DNA of 63,198 nucleotides, filler included, from Octopus bimaculoides (Eukaryota), in the NCBI RefSeq assembly GCF_001194135.2. It is 8 parts of 8 records of this genome, joined end to end, with 100 filler letters (N's around TTAATTAATTAA, not from the genome) between each part and the next. Parts side by side here need not be neighbours in the genome. Positions count along the whole stretch, not along the records: positions 49,288 to 50,706 come from NW_026388723.1; positions 50,807 to 59,559 come from NC_068990.1; positions 59,660 to 63,198 come from NC_068984.1; 5 more parts are not named here. One strand, 5' to 3'. Below the pieces are notes generated by a model. That model searched no databases. It was not told where the DNA came from and saw only the letters and a program-made list of their open reading frames with translations. Shown here one piece after another: positions 49,620 to 62,515 of the stretch. How positions within the stretch are numbered: the first letter of the stretch is position 1; each line of letters opens with the position of its first letter. A program made the translations under genes and the position numbers.

Positions 49620-50705
49620 AACGCATTCACTGGAAGGCGCTAGTACACTCTCTCCACGCCCATCCAATGCGAATACCAACATAATACGAAGGAAGGTTTG
49701 GTGGAGGCGTTGCGGAAGCCCCTTGGTGGGAGTAAGTTTGACAAAGGAAAAAAAAATGGGGTTTGAGAAGTACAGCAACACCCATAGAAAACCTTGACAG
49801 CAAAACGCCTCTTTGTGAAACCCGCCCCCTCTTGCGATGCCTGCATCGCCCGACTCGAAATGGCGCCTCCAGCGATTGTGTTCTCGAAACGAGCGTCAGC
49901 GATACAGGCATCTTGTGTCAATGTCATCGCCGTTGTTGTCATCGTTAACTTCGTCGTTACCATTTTCATCATCACCAAAATATTCTGCATCATCATCACC
50001 ACCACCACCATCATCATCATCATCCTCATCATAAAATTAGTCACCCCCACCGTCCCCACGGTAATGTCACTGCTCCGTTGATTGCATCAACTGGAACACT
50101 CATCGTCGAAACCGACGGAGGACCTTTTGCTGTAACCATTAATACAGATACAGGCATCAATACTAAATCTAATAACCGTCACGCAATGACGAATGAACCG
50201 TTAAGTGGTCAATCGATCTGCTAAAAAGAACAGCTAAATATCTGAAAATCGCAATGGCGATTATTAAACGAAAGAAGGAAATGACATCATGTACAATCTA
50301 GTTTTACACTGGTAAAAATGAGAGATTGTCACGGTTGGAGCGATTATGGTTATAGGTCTGAGAGATCATTGCCGTCTTTATAACTAAAGTAACCCCCGAC
50401 TACTACTTAAATAAGTGATTATTTAAAATGAAAGAATAAAACAGGGGGGGGGGATGTGAGGGGAATTTTAACAAATAATAAAACCAGTACAAGATTGAAA
50501 ATTAAAAAAAAAAAGAAGTATATAGAACAACAGCAACATGCAACAGCAATAACAAGAAGAAGAAGAAAACAAGCAACAGCGGAAAAAATCTATGCAATAA
50601 ATATATAAAAGTCGTAAATGAATCGAAAACGTCAGCAGTCGCCATTTTTAATGGAAGCGAAGAAAAGAAAAGAAAAGGCGGGAAAAATGTTACGAGCATT
50701 TTTAC
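49620..50705. promoter_or_regulatory. CpG-retaining, promoter-like region
   Basis: CpG is visibly frequent relative to flanks. There is a GC-box-like CCCGCCCC at about 49820, a YY1/Kozak-like AAAATGGCG on the - strand at about 50641-50649, and a + strand donor-like gga|GTAAGT at about 49731. Confidence 0.3.
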
Positions 50706-51796
50706 ANNNNNNNNNNNNNNNNNNNNNNNNNNNNNNNNNNNNNNNNNNNNTTAATTAATTAANNNNNNNNNNNNNNNNNNNNNNNNNNNNNNNNNNNNNN
50801 NNNNNNTATATATATATATATATATATATATGGGAGAATGTACGAAAAAAACAACAACAGACGAGGACAGGTGGTGTAAACAACAAAAGGATATATATAT
50901 GTATATATATATATATGGCAATACTTTAAAAGGATTATTTGTGGAATTCAGTGCTTAGTATTCAAAGAAAGTTATGTAATATACCATAGAACATGAGGGC
51001 TTACTAATTCTCGATGAGAAAATATTTATTATTATAAGCATTAAATTAAATTAGGTACTTTACATGCAGAGATTCTTGATAGAAAAATATGTATTCAGAG
51101 ATGCCTATGGGAAATGAATTACGAGTCTGCTCAATCTGGATGTTAATCATTACACCAAGGCTGCTAGCCACTGCTTGTTCATGAAATGTCAATATGAAAG
51201 CTTCTTTGCTTATATATCTATCTCATCTCCAACATGAAAACCTTTCTATATTTCCCTTAATGTCATTTATCTTTTTCTTTTTTCAGTCATTGGGTTGTGG
51301 TCATGCTGGGGCAACACCTTGAAAGGTTTAGTTGAACAAATAGACACCAGTCTATTTTTTATTTTTAAGTTTGTTATTTATTCTATCAGTCTTTTTTGCT
51401 GAACTGCTAAGTTATGGGGATGTAAAACGACCAACATTAGTTGTTAAGTAGTGGTAGGGATGAAAGATAGACACATACACCCAAGCACACACACACATAC
51501 ACACACACACATACATACAAGGGACTTCCACACAGTTTTTATCTACAAAATTCACTTACAAGGCTTTGGTTGGCCCTGGACTATAGTAAAAGACACTTGC
51601 TGAAGGTGCTGTGCAGTGGGACGGAACCTAAACCACATGGTTGCAAAGTGACCTTCTTAACCCACACAAACATGCTTGTGCTTTACTCTATCATTGATAA
51701 ATGTATTTATATTCTATATATTTTATATACCTAGATATCATATATATTATATATCTAGACATACATGCTATATATATATATCTGTTATGCAATAGA

Positions 51797-52184
51797 GTGG
51801 AGGCGCAATGGCCCAGTGGTTAGGGCAGCGGACATGCAGTCATATGATTGCGGTTTCGATTCCCAGACCGAGCATTGTGAGTGTTTATTAAGCAAAAACA
51901 CCTAAAGCTCCACGAGGCTCCGGCAGGGGATGGTGGCGAACCCTGCTGTACTCTTTCGCCATAGCTTTCTCTCACTCTTTCTTCCTGTTTCTGTTGTGCC
52001 TGTATTTCAAAGGACCAGCCTTGTCACACTGTGTTACGCTGAATATCCCCAAGAACTGTTAAGGGTGCACGTGTCTGTGGAGTGCTCAGCCACTTGCACG
52101 TTAATTTTACGAGCAGGCTGTTCCGTTGATTGGATCAACTGGAACCCTCGACGTTGTAAGCAATGGAGTGCCAACAACAACAAC
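51797..52184 (+). mobile_element. tRNA-derived SINE family C, full length, (CAA)n tail
   Basis: A-box TGGCCCAGTGG, B-box GTTTCGATTCC, 10-bp TSD atgcaataga (51787-96 and 52185-94). Confidence 0.85.
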
Positions 52185-52996
52185 ATGCAATAGAATTTCT
52201 GTTTTTTTTATTTATAAGTGAAATAAATACTGCTAGTAGGACCTGTGGAAATTTCACAGAATGGAAAAAATTAAGAGAACCTATTTAAGAAAGAAAGGAT
52301 GACTTCATAGCATTCATAGTTTAGCTTTCTTTAAATATTCTTGACATTCATCTACATTCATTTCTACATGTCTTTGCTGGTGTTGACTTTTTCCTCTTTT
52401 TATCATATCTTCTTGCTATTCTTCTCTGATCCATGCTTTATATCTGTGCATCCTTTCTTGGGAAGGTTGCAACTGTGTTTCTTGTGAATTCAGAGTTTAG
52501 GCTAAATTAACCCTTATAAACAAATATCAATTTTTTAAGTGAGCAGATGATAAATAATTGTACTTATGTGTATGCAATGGTCACTATAAAAAAATTTAAT
52601 CCAATCAAAAGATTACTTTTCAATATTAATACATCACTGCTATCTTCTCCCAGCTTTCTCTCTCTCTTTAACTGCCTCCCCTCTCTCTCTCTGTCTATCT
52701 TTCCCTTCAGCTAACTTTTTAACCATGTAATAAGTATTCCTTCCCCACCCCACTGCATATCTCTGCCTCTTTTCCTCTCAGTCGTTTTCGCTCATTCTTT
52801 GCCTCTACTTTCAGCAGATCACATGACCATTTGGCCTTCATGTATTAATGTTAATCACCTTTCTCTATTTTTCCTCTCCTCTTTCTTCACTCCTCCCCAC
52901 CTCTCTCTCTCTCACGTACACTCCACCTCTCACTCACTCCACCTCTCACTCACTCCATCTCCACAACTAATGTATAATGGGTGAACGAACAAGCAG

Positions 52997-53028
<32 letters not shown>

Positions 53029-54490
53029 CATCATCATCATCATCATCATCATTTAATGTCCGTTGTCCATGTTGGCACGGGCTGGATGGTTTGACTAGGG
53101 TTGGCAAGCTGGAAGGCTGCACCAGACTCTGGTCTGATTTGGCATGGTTTCTACGGCTGGATGCCCTTCTTAATGCCAACCACTTCAAGAGTGTAATGGG
53201 TGCTTTTACGTGCCACCAGCACGAGTGCCATTTGCGTGACATTGGTATCTGCCACAACTGCGATTTTGCTTAACTTGATGGGTCTTCATCTCAAGCACGA
53301 CATAATGCTAAAGGTCTCAGTCATTGCCTCTGTGAGGCCAACACTCAAAAGGAGCTCAGCCACTTTGCCTTCATGAGGTCCAACATTCAAAAAGTGCTTT
53401 TTACATGCCACCAGCACAGGCGCCAGTTATGTGACACCAGCATCAGCCATGACTATGATTTCACTTGACTTGACTGGTCTTTTCAAGCACAGCATATCAA
53501 AGGTCTCGGTCACTAGTCATTGCCTCTGTGAGGCCCAAAGTTCGAAGATCATGTTTCACCACCTCATTCCATATTTTCCTGGGTCTACCTCTACCACAGG
53601 TTCCCTCTACAGTTAGAGATTGGTGCACTTCTTTACACAGCTGTCCTCATCCATATGCATCACATGATCATAACAATGCAGTGTGATACCTCTTATACCT
53701 AACTTTTCTCTCAAGATGCTTACACTCTGTTGAACATGCGCACTGACATTGCACGTCCAGCGAAGCATACTAACTTCATTTCTTTCAAGGCTATGCATGT
53801 CCTCAGCTATCACAGCCCATGTTTCACTGCCATGTAACACAGCTGTTCACACTCAGGCATCAAACAATCTGCCTTTCACTCTGAGGGAGAGGCCCTTTGT
53901 TGCCAGCAGAGGTAGGAGCTCTCTGAACTTTGCCCAGCCTATTCTTATTCTCACAGCTGCACTCTTGGAGCATCCACCTCCACTACTAACTTGGTCACCT
54001 AGACAACAGAAGCTGTCTGCTAGAGATAGCATCTTCCACATACAAAAGCTTTCTCTGTTAACTTTCCTCTGATATTGCTGCATCTTTTGTGTCCATAGCT
54101 TACACTGGGGGCATCTTATGGAGTTTCTACCTATGCCTTTTCTACAGATCGAGTAGGGCCATCTGCCTGAAGGGATTTGTGATTTGTCTGCTTTCCTACT
54201 TACTAAGTCTTTGGTTTTTGTGAGGTTAACTCTAAGGCCCTTTGATTCTAGACCTTGCTTCCATACCTGGAACTTCTCTAGTTTTGGTAGTGATTCAGCT
54301 ATAAGAGCAAAGNNNNNNNNNNTCTCTAGTTTTGGTAGTGATTCAGCTATAAGAGCAAAGTTATCAGCATAGAGGAGCTCCCAGGGGCAGTCTGTCTTAG
54401 ATTCCTTGGATATTGCCTAGAGGGCTATGATGAACAAAAGGGGGCTGAGGACTGATCGTTTGGTGACCCCCTGCTTGTACCCTGAATTCT
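52997..54490 (-). mobile_element. RTE LINE 3' portion (RT end to tail)
   Basis: (CAT)n tail, then ORFs 53613-53840 and 53853-54083 (FCCLGDQV..IRIGWAKFRELLPLL..KGRLFDA). Confidence 0.88.
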
Positions 54491-55012
54491 TCGCTGTACT
54501 TGTTGCCCATCCTTATATATGTATAATTATAAATATATATATATTGCCTAGAGGATTATGATGAACATGCGGGGGCTATATATATANNNNNNNNNNNNNN
54601 NNNNNNNNNNNNNNNNNNNNNNNNNNNNNNNNNNNNNNNNNNNNNNNNNNNNNNNNNNNNNNNNNNNNNNNNNNNNNNNNNNNNNNNNNNNNNNNNNNNN
54701 NNNNNNNNNNNNNNNNNNNNNNNNNNNNNNNNNNNNNNNNNNNNNNNNNNNNNNNNNNNNNNNNNNNNNNNNNNNNNNNNNNNNNNNNNNNNNNNNNNNN
54801 NNNNNNNNNNNNNNNNNNNNNNNNNNNNNNNNNNNNNNNNNNNNNNNNNNNNNNNNNNNNNNNNNNNNNNNNNNNNNNNNNNNNNNNNNNNNNNNNNNNN
54901 NNNNNNNNNNNNNNNNNNNNNNNNNNNNNNNNNNNNNNNAAGTGGAAATTTTAACGGTGAGTGTGTTAAATTTTAAGGCACAATAAGAAAATGACTCTCT
55001 CCAGACACAACA

Positions 55013-55046
<34 letters not shown>

Positions 55047-55949
55047 TACAGAAAAACAAAAGACGAAGATAGGTGTACGAACAACAAGTAGGTGTATTAG
55101 TTTGACGCTCAGGAAAGAGAGAAAGTCTTTTATGTTTCGTTTTTGTATTTGGCTTGCAAGATTCTTTATGTGAATTTGTGTGTTGAAGCATATTTTATGG
55201 TGTTTGGGGAGAGTCGTTCTCTTTTAGTGCCCTGCTACTTAACACACTCACTGTATGTCTATGTTTGTGTGCGTGTACATGTGTGCATGTGTGTGTGTGT
55301 GTGCACCTTTGTGTGCACCTCCATCTTCCTGCATGTGCATGCTTGAGCATGTCCATGTGTATGGGTCCGTGTGACCATCCACATGTATTTGCTACGCATA
55401 GATGTGTGTCTCCATATGTGTCCCTGTGTGAGTGAAGCGTGCACATGTGTACATGGTCATATGTTTCAGTCTTTACATGTGTGTGCACGTGTGTATATGG
55501 TCATGTGTTTCAGTCTTAACCTGTGCATGTATGTGTGCACGTGTGTGTGTATACCTGTTTGTCCACCTACACATCCATTCACCTACATAACAACTCTACC
55601 TGTCTATATATAAACTGTGAGTGCTGGGGCATGACCACCTTCCAGGTATATCTCCCATTTAGCACTGGGGATACTCCACCTATGAGAACACACTCCTGCA
55701 CTTGTGTGAGTGTTGGGCTCCTTGGGTGCTTGGACAAAATGCGGATGTCAAGTTGACCCAGTGTGCCTCCATGTTGGTCCCTGGCATGCTTGTAGAGTAT
55801 GGAGGACTGCTTTTTGTAGTCAGATTGAATAGTTGTGATTATAAGTCTGTACTTTATCACCAAATATATTTTTCAGTGATATTAATTTTTTTTATATGTA
55901 CTATAACAATTCTAATGCATAGTGTAATACATCCTCCCACCCAACAAGG

Positions 55950-56160
55950 TGATGAGCTGTCAAAATCATAAGCACTCCAAACAAAATGCTTTGTGGTATT
56001 TAGTCTGTCTTTGCATTCCACTGAGGTTGACTTTGCCTTTCATCCTTTTTTTTGGGGGGGGTGATAAAATAAGTACCAGTTGAGTACTGGGGATAATGTA
56101 ACCAACTAGCCCCTCCCTCCCATAAAATTTCAGGCCTTGTACTTATTGTAGAATGGAATA
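55950..56160 (+). mobile_element. SINE family A
   Basis: Family A motifs. Another partial copy lies at about 57230-57355. Confidence 0.75.
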
Positions 56161-58394
56161 CAATACAGTACCCCAACTCATGCACATCATTTAGAGAACA
56201 GAATATCCACTGTGGATTTTTAAATTAGAATGAAAGTTGATGCTTTTATATTTTTTGACTTTAAGTTATTATTTTTTATTATTATCAGCGTTCTTGCATC
56301 ATCATCAAATATAAGTTTTTAAAATTCGTCAGTTTCCTTTTTTTTTTTTTTTTGAGGAAAATGTGGTATCATTTTGTAGAATACATGGATTAATTAAGTG
56401 TAAGAAAATATTTCTAGCTTTGTTTAAAAAAAAATCTTGGGGTTATAACTCCAAGAGAAAGAATATGTGGGTTTTGACATTTAAAAATCATGATTTTTGA
56501 CCTAGTTTGGTTTCATTTGTCTTCAATTTCTCTCTCATTTATTCAGTGTGTGTGTGTTCGGAATAAACTCATCTGGTGATATACATTTGGCAATTATTGT
56601 GTGAAGAAAATTATTTGACATACTGTAGAGAATGTGAATTACTTTATTCTAAATGTAATCTTCCAAGTCTACCCTGAAAATAATTTTCGAGTTTGTTCTT
56701 TAGTTCTGTTAGTAACATTTTAATCATTTCTAAAGGACTTATTATTATATAATTGTTTACGTGTAATATAAATGCCTTATTATACTATAAAATTATACTG
56801 TAGGGGTGTTAACCTTCAGAGCCAAGTAGATATTGTATTTGTTTCACAGTAGAGAGATATATAAACTTTTTCTTAAATTTTGTATGATTTTGGATGCTAT
56901 GTTTAATGATTGTTTAAAGTGAAATGAAAATTTGTGGTTTGAGTTATTCATTTGTCCATCCATTGTCTGCACATGGACCAATATCTTTTGTACCCAGTTA
57001 CATTCTTCAGTGACATGCACTCACTTTTTGTGTTGGGTTAACATTATAAACACTGACCATGGTTGCTTCATCTTGTTTTTATGTCTCACTAGCACGCAAC
57101 ATCATACATTTTATATAGAATTGGGGTTTAATGTCTGTTGAATGACTCCTGTATTTTCTAGAAATATCTTGTGAATATGTTCTTTGTAATATTGATTTAA
57201 AAAAGAAAATAAGGTTGGGGAAATTGAATTAAGTGGTAAAATGCTGAATGAAATACCTTATAGCTTTTAATTGCATCCCTGTTCATTCAGAATTCAGATC
57301 TTACCTGGGTTGATTTTTGCCTTTCAACCCTATGAAGTTCATAAAATAAGTACTTGGAGGATCCAAGGAGGGGGGGAATGAGGGGCACATGTCCCCCGCC
57401 CCACTCAAGAAAAGAAATGCACCTTTCTAAATAATGTTATTACCCTCTTTTCTCCTGGAATTGTATTCCCTTCTGACCTTGTACCCTCCCTTTGAAAAAT
57501 TCCTGGGACTGCGCCTGGTACTGGTAATATAATGAGGTTGATTCAGATTATTAATAATTGTACTGCTTCCTCTTAAAAAAATTAGCTTTACAGTGAATGA
57601 AAAGACATTATTAAACAGATCAAAGGTGTTTGCTCTGTACTTTTATGGTTAGTAGCAACGACCAAGAGGTAACTCCTCAGCTGAAACCATCACCATCATC
57701 ATCACTATTGTCATTTTAACATCCACCTTTCCATGCTTGCATAGGTCAGGTGAAATTTGTTAAGGTGGATTTTCTTCAGCCAGATGCCCTTCCTGTTGCC
57801 AACTCTTACCTGTTTCTAAGATAATATTCTCCATGACTAGACATGTTTCACAGAAAAATATCTTCACTTCATGTGATCTAAATCATGCAAGCATGATTTA
57901 GATCATATAAAGTCAAGACAAGGAAGCTGTAATGCATACATACACATGCACATATGTGTGTGTATATACAATGAGCTTCTTTCAGTTTCCATTCTCACTC
58001 ACAGGGCTAAAGCAGAAGACACTTGCCCAAGGTGCCACACATTGGGACTGAACCTGAGATCATGTGGTTGGAAAGCAAACGTCTTACTACAAAGCCATGC
58101 CTCTGCCTATTATCATTGGTTAGTTTTGATTTTCAGTTGAAGTCAACTTTCTCCACTGTTTGCTAGTTTCTATTGGGAAGTTATGACAGCTACAGATTCT
58201 TATTTATCCCTTTTCTAAAATTCCAGTCTTGTCAAAGGAAAAACAATTACCAGTTAAAGGTACAGCATGTCTCATAGTTTTTAATATTATATTTCAGAAA
58301 TTGTTTATTTAGATTTAATAAGAAAACCATTGCTTATTTCTTCTCTAGTTTTAAAATACTTATATTTTGTACTTGTTTTTCTTTTCTTTTCCAG

Positions 58395-58424
58395 CTTGCT
58401 GGCAGTTCTTCACTCTGTGGCAAG
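58395..58424 (+). other. Candidate 30-nt microexon
   Basis: Long polypyrimidine tract ..tttttcttttcttttcCAG, donor aag|GTAACC, length divisible by 3, open in all three frames. Confidence 0.4.
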
Positions 58425-59254
58425 GTAACCTGCTAACATTATATTCTCAACTACTACTTTATGCACTTTTCATGTTTTATGTTTGGGGTTATTGTTAACT
58501 GAGTCATAAGCAAATTGTCATGCAAACCAGTAGGGTAGCAGTTCATATACACTCACAAGCATTTAACATATTGATAAGTATTTTATAATCTAGCAGACTT
58601 CAGATCCTGCTATAGGTTATATCTAAATGTAGAACTGTTTGTCAACTACTTAATACTGTCGTTTTTTTGTTTGTTTTTAAAGAAAGAGCAGTACCCATAA
58701 CCTTTATGAACCAGGTACAAAGATTAAATGGGAACAAAATGGCTGAACTTGAAATTAAACCTGTTTTGTAGCCTCAAATAATTGGGAACTTATCACCACC
58801 TTATAGTTTTCCCCCNNNNNNNNNNTTTGTAGCCTCAAATAATTGGGAACTTATCACCACCTTATAGTTTTCCCCCTCTTACTGTCTCAAACATATACAT
58901 ACATACATACATACACACACACATACAAACAAACAAAAGTACTTACATACATAGCTGCTGTGTGGTTAAGAAGCTATCTTTTAGCAACTGCATGATTTCA
59001 GGTTCAGTTCCTTTACACAGCACCTTGGGCAAGTGTCTTCTGCTATAGCTCTAGGCTGACCAATACCTTGTGAGTAAATTTAGTTGATGGAAACTGTACA
59101 GAAGCCAATTGTATATGTATATATATATAATAAATGCACCCCTTTAAAGCCTAGCCAGGCTCATGAGCCCGGTTTTCCAGTTTCAATGGCGTATGTGTTC
59201 CCCTGCTGGACGGGACGCTAGTCCATCGCAGCGTTACCCATTTTTGCCAGCTGA

Positions 59255-59559
59255 GTGGTCTGAAAGACCAATTCTATGACACCCTCTTGCAAACTACCTC
59301 GTCGACAAGAGACAGAGACCTTCTATTTGTGGCTGGTGACTTCAATGGTCATGTCGGACGTCATGCTGGAGGCTTCCATGGCATACATGGAGGCTATGGC
59401 TTTGGTTCCCGCAACGAGGAGGAAACCAGACTGCTGGAGTTCTGTGATGCAACCGATCTTATGGTTTGCAATACCAACTTCAGGAAACCTGCCTGTCACC
59501 TAGTCACCTACCAATCCGGCAGACACTCTAGCCAAATCGACTACATCCTCGCGAGAACT
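59255..59559 (+). mobile_element. RTE LINE APE endonuclease fragment
   Basis: KDQFYD..VAGDFNGHVG..GYGFGSRNEE..LLEFC..NTNFRK..TYQSG..SQIDYIL. Confidence 0.9.
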
Positions 59560-59659
59560 NNNNNNNNNNNNNNNNNNNNNNNNNNNNNNNNNNNNNNNNN
59601 NNNTTAATTAATTAANNNNNNNNNNNNNNNNNNNNNNNNNNNNNNNNNNNNNNNNNNNN

Positions 59660-59697
<38 letters not shown>

Positions 59698-60011
59698 CAT
59701 AAATATATAATTTAGAGAAAAGAACCAAAGTTCATGAACTCATCCATGAAAATCCATGGATTTTTATCCCTAATATTATTATCATTATATATATTTATAT
59801 ACATATATATATCGCTGCATTTGTTGAAACATGTCACAGAAGATCATCACTTTGCAAAGGTTGGGGTGTGTTTGAAAATTAAAAATGCATTCAGACGACA
59901 TATCTTTGTGCACCAATATTTGTGTAGCAACCGAATATTTGAATCGAAAGTTGTGCGAGAACGTAACGTACAAAACTGAACTATCACCTCACTGAATTGA
60001 AAATAGGAGTC

Positions 60012-60680
60012 TTAATGCGATAATACCGGAAAATCATGATAACATGCAGAGTTATATGCTAACATAATGTTTAGCTGAAACAAAAATGTGAGAGAGAACA
60101 TCCTGACACTGATCAGATGCCGCTGTACATTGGTACGGTACAGCGTTTGTAAACAGGACCAAAACAGGCTGCTCTGAGGATAGTTACCGACTATCGAAAG
60201 CCTTCGACTGATCGAAATTGATGAGACCAAAATATTAAAATCTGCATTCAACAAAATTATGAGCCGACAATTGTCGATTATTGCCCCTTTTATCACACCC
60301 TTTCTCGGCACCATTAACCTTCTTCTTGTCTCATAGAACTGGAAATTCTCCCATTCTGTTACCAGTTGCGGCAGACGTCTGTGAAGACGCTGCCGAGCAC
60401 GTATAGCATGATTTGCCCTAATACAACCGCTCATCTCCTGAAACTTTATTGCTGTTATCGGCTTTTTGCAGCACCTCCCATTTTCTGCTAACTGTTGCAG
60501 TAGGCCACCGAGGTAGGTTTTGAAGTCCACCAATGCCTCCAACCCATCGTTAACCCAAAACAGACCAGCACAGAGAAGCTGAAAGGTTGCATGCAACTGC
60601 TTGGAATCGAATAGTACTTGCTCATCCTGGCCTTTCAAAAATTCAATTGTGACTTTGTTGCCTCGTTGTGCTTTCGGAAT
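60012..60680 (-). CDS. Long terminal exon/ORF (222 codons plus stop) of the unassigned protein
   Basis: The longest N-free non-transposon ORF in the window. It starts after cttttattcctAG, is Cys-containing and looks helical. The junction phase with exon 2 is unresolved. Confidence 0.6.
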   Translation of the reverse strand: MPKAQRGNKVTIEFLKGQDEQVLFDSKQLHATFQLLCAGLFWVNDGLEALVDFKTYLGGLLQQLAENGRCCKKPITAIKFQEMSGCIRANHAIRARQRLHRRLPQLVTEWENFQFYETRRRLMVPRKGVIKGAIIDNCRLIILLNADFNILVSSISISRRLSIVGNYPQSSLFWSCLQTLYRTNVQRHLISVRMFSLTFLFQLNIMLAYNSACYHDFPVLSH

Positions 60681-60977
60681 CTAGGAATAAAAGTTGACGG
60701 AACACTCGAGAGAAATTATAAATTAGAAAATCTGTTGGTAAATATTTGTTATCAAAGCCGTTGTTAGAATCCTATAGAGGATATAATTTTTCAAATAAGT
60801 TAGGATAGTCACAAAGTGAAAATATTTATTTTCTACTTCACTTCACAAATGAATTTATATTATACATATTATACATCAATATAGTTCTTAAAGAAAGTTA
60901 GACGAATGAATCAATTAATTTTTGGGGTTGAGTCAGTTGAAGTAAAAAGAAGTGAGACAGTTAATGGGTCATCCTCA

Positions 60978-61125
60978 CATTTATTCTTGGTGAAGAAATT
61001 AAAAATTTCATTAAAGTCGATAATTTTAATCTTGGATTTATTTAAAATAGTATGTGAACCATGCATTTCCCATGCGTTTCGAGAATACAGCCTGTAACAC
61101 TTGGCCGTCAACACGTATGTTGATT
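60978..61125 (-). CDS. Second coding exon of the same gene (3' boundary tentative)
   Basis: Acceptor cttttacaacAG, in phase 1 with exon 1: ESTYVLTAKCYRLYSRNAWEMHGSHTILNKSKIKIIDFNEIFNFFTKNK. The best donor is aaat|GTGAGG. Confidence 0.5.
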
Positions 61126-61228
61126 CTGTTGTAAAAGCTTTGTAGTTTCTTAACTTAAAGTATATTTTGGCTGCAATGGTTATCGAGCTGCATATTGTAA
61201 ATTATGATATAAAATATTTTATACTCAC

Positions 61229-61292
61229 CAATTGGCAACGACTGAGATAATACGCTGAGAAGCACCAGAAAAAAGTGAATGCTGTGTTCCAT
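61229..61292 (-). CDS. First coding exon (signal peptide) of an unassigned secreted protein
   Basis: MEHSIHFFLVLLSVLSQSLPI-G|GTGAGT. An upstream acceptor ttttttcttcAG lies at 61341-42. Confidence 0.6.
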
Positions 61293-62225
61293 CGTTCTCT
61301 TTGAAGACTTCTTCAAATCAGACTGATACGAGCGTACGTGCTGAAGAAAAAAAGCAAGCAAATTAATGTATTTTATATAGTTTGAGAGCGTCTATATACG
61401 TTATGAAAACAATGCGTATATATACTTTATATGTGATTATTTCTTACGGGTTTTAAGAGCTTTTATCAGTTAGACATTATTTGTTATTTTGTGTACTAGT
61501 TACGCAAATATCGGGTATATCCTGGATAGCATGAACGTTTAAGTTATTTACATAATTCAGCAGCTCACAATGTGTATTTGTTTATTAACAGAATGGCAGA
61601 GGATATGAGATGGGGACGGGAATAATTTCATATCTTAATGTTTGCTAAATAAAATTAACACTACAATAGTCGTGACGGTGAAGGCTATTTCTGTTTCCTA
61701 AAACCCTACCACAAAAGATATTTAATTCGTTCGTCTAATAACTTCCTGGGCGCCAACCATCTGAAATGTTGTCATATACCCACAGCTTTCTGCCTGGCTG
61801 CCAACGTGGTCAGCACAGGTTACACGTTAACAATCATTGGGAAACTGGAAGCGGGCAAGAGAAAAATATGGTCGTTAAAGAAAATGCCCCGTTCAGTCTG
61901 TTTCGGAGGTATTTTTGGCCGGGGCAATGGATAACTTCCATAAACCCTTGACCAGGTAGTGAAACTGAATGACATTAACGGTTCGAAATAAATTCTACAG
62001 ACACGAAAGGGCTGTCAGTCAAACCGGTTCGAGATGCGCGGGAAGCGATGAAACCGTTCTGCACCTAAAGCTCGCAAGGTGTTTTCGCGTGGAGAACGGA
62101 TCTATTAATCGAGTCCAACATATAGATTGCCCCATCATCTTTCTTTAACCCATGTGATTGACAATCCCCCTCGCCACAAAATCCAGGCCTTGTGCCTATA
62201 GTAGAAAGGATTATTATTATATAAA

Positions 62226-62426
62226 GAGGCAAGCTGGCAGAATCGTTAGCACGCCGGGCGAAATGCATAGCGAGTTCAAATTCCTGTGAAGTCGACTTTG
62301 CCTTTCATACTTTCTGGGCCAGTAGAATAAGTACCAGTTGGACAATGGGGTCGATGTAATTGACTAGTCCCCCCCCCCCCAAAAAAAACATTGCCTTTCG
62401 GGAAAAATTTAAAACCATTATTATTA

Positions 62427-62500
<74 letters not shown>

Positions 62501-62515
62501 GTTGTTGTTGTTGTT
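62226..62515 (+). mobile_element. SINE family A with expanded (ATT)n/(GTT)n tail
   Basis: Head at about 62226 follows the tail of another copy (about 62150-62222). About 100 bp of trinucleotide tail. Confidence 0.8.

Noticed and set aside
57355-57520. GC-rich insert within a SINE resembling a MITE
   Set aside because: The termini match each other poorly and no TSD is identifiable.
46844-58880. Apparent short tandem duplications flanking 10-N gaps (about 46844/46886, 48425/48484, 48568/48610, 54286/54323, 58765/58826)
   Set aside because: These are unmerged contig overlaps on either side of small gaps.
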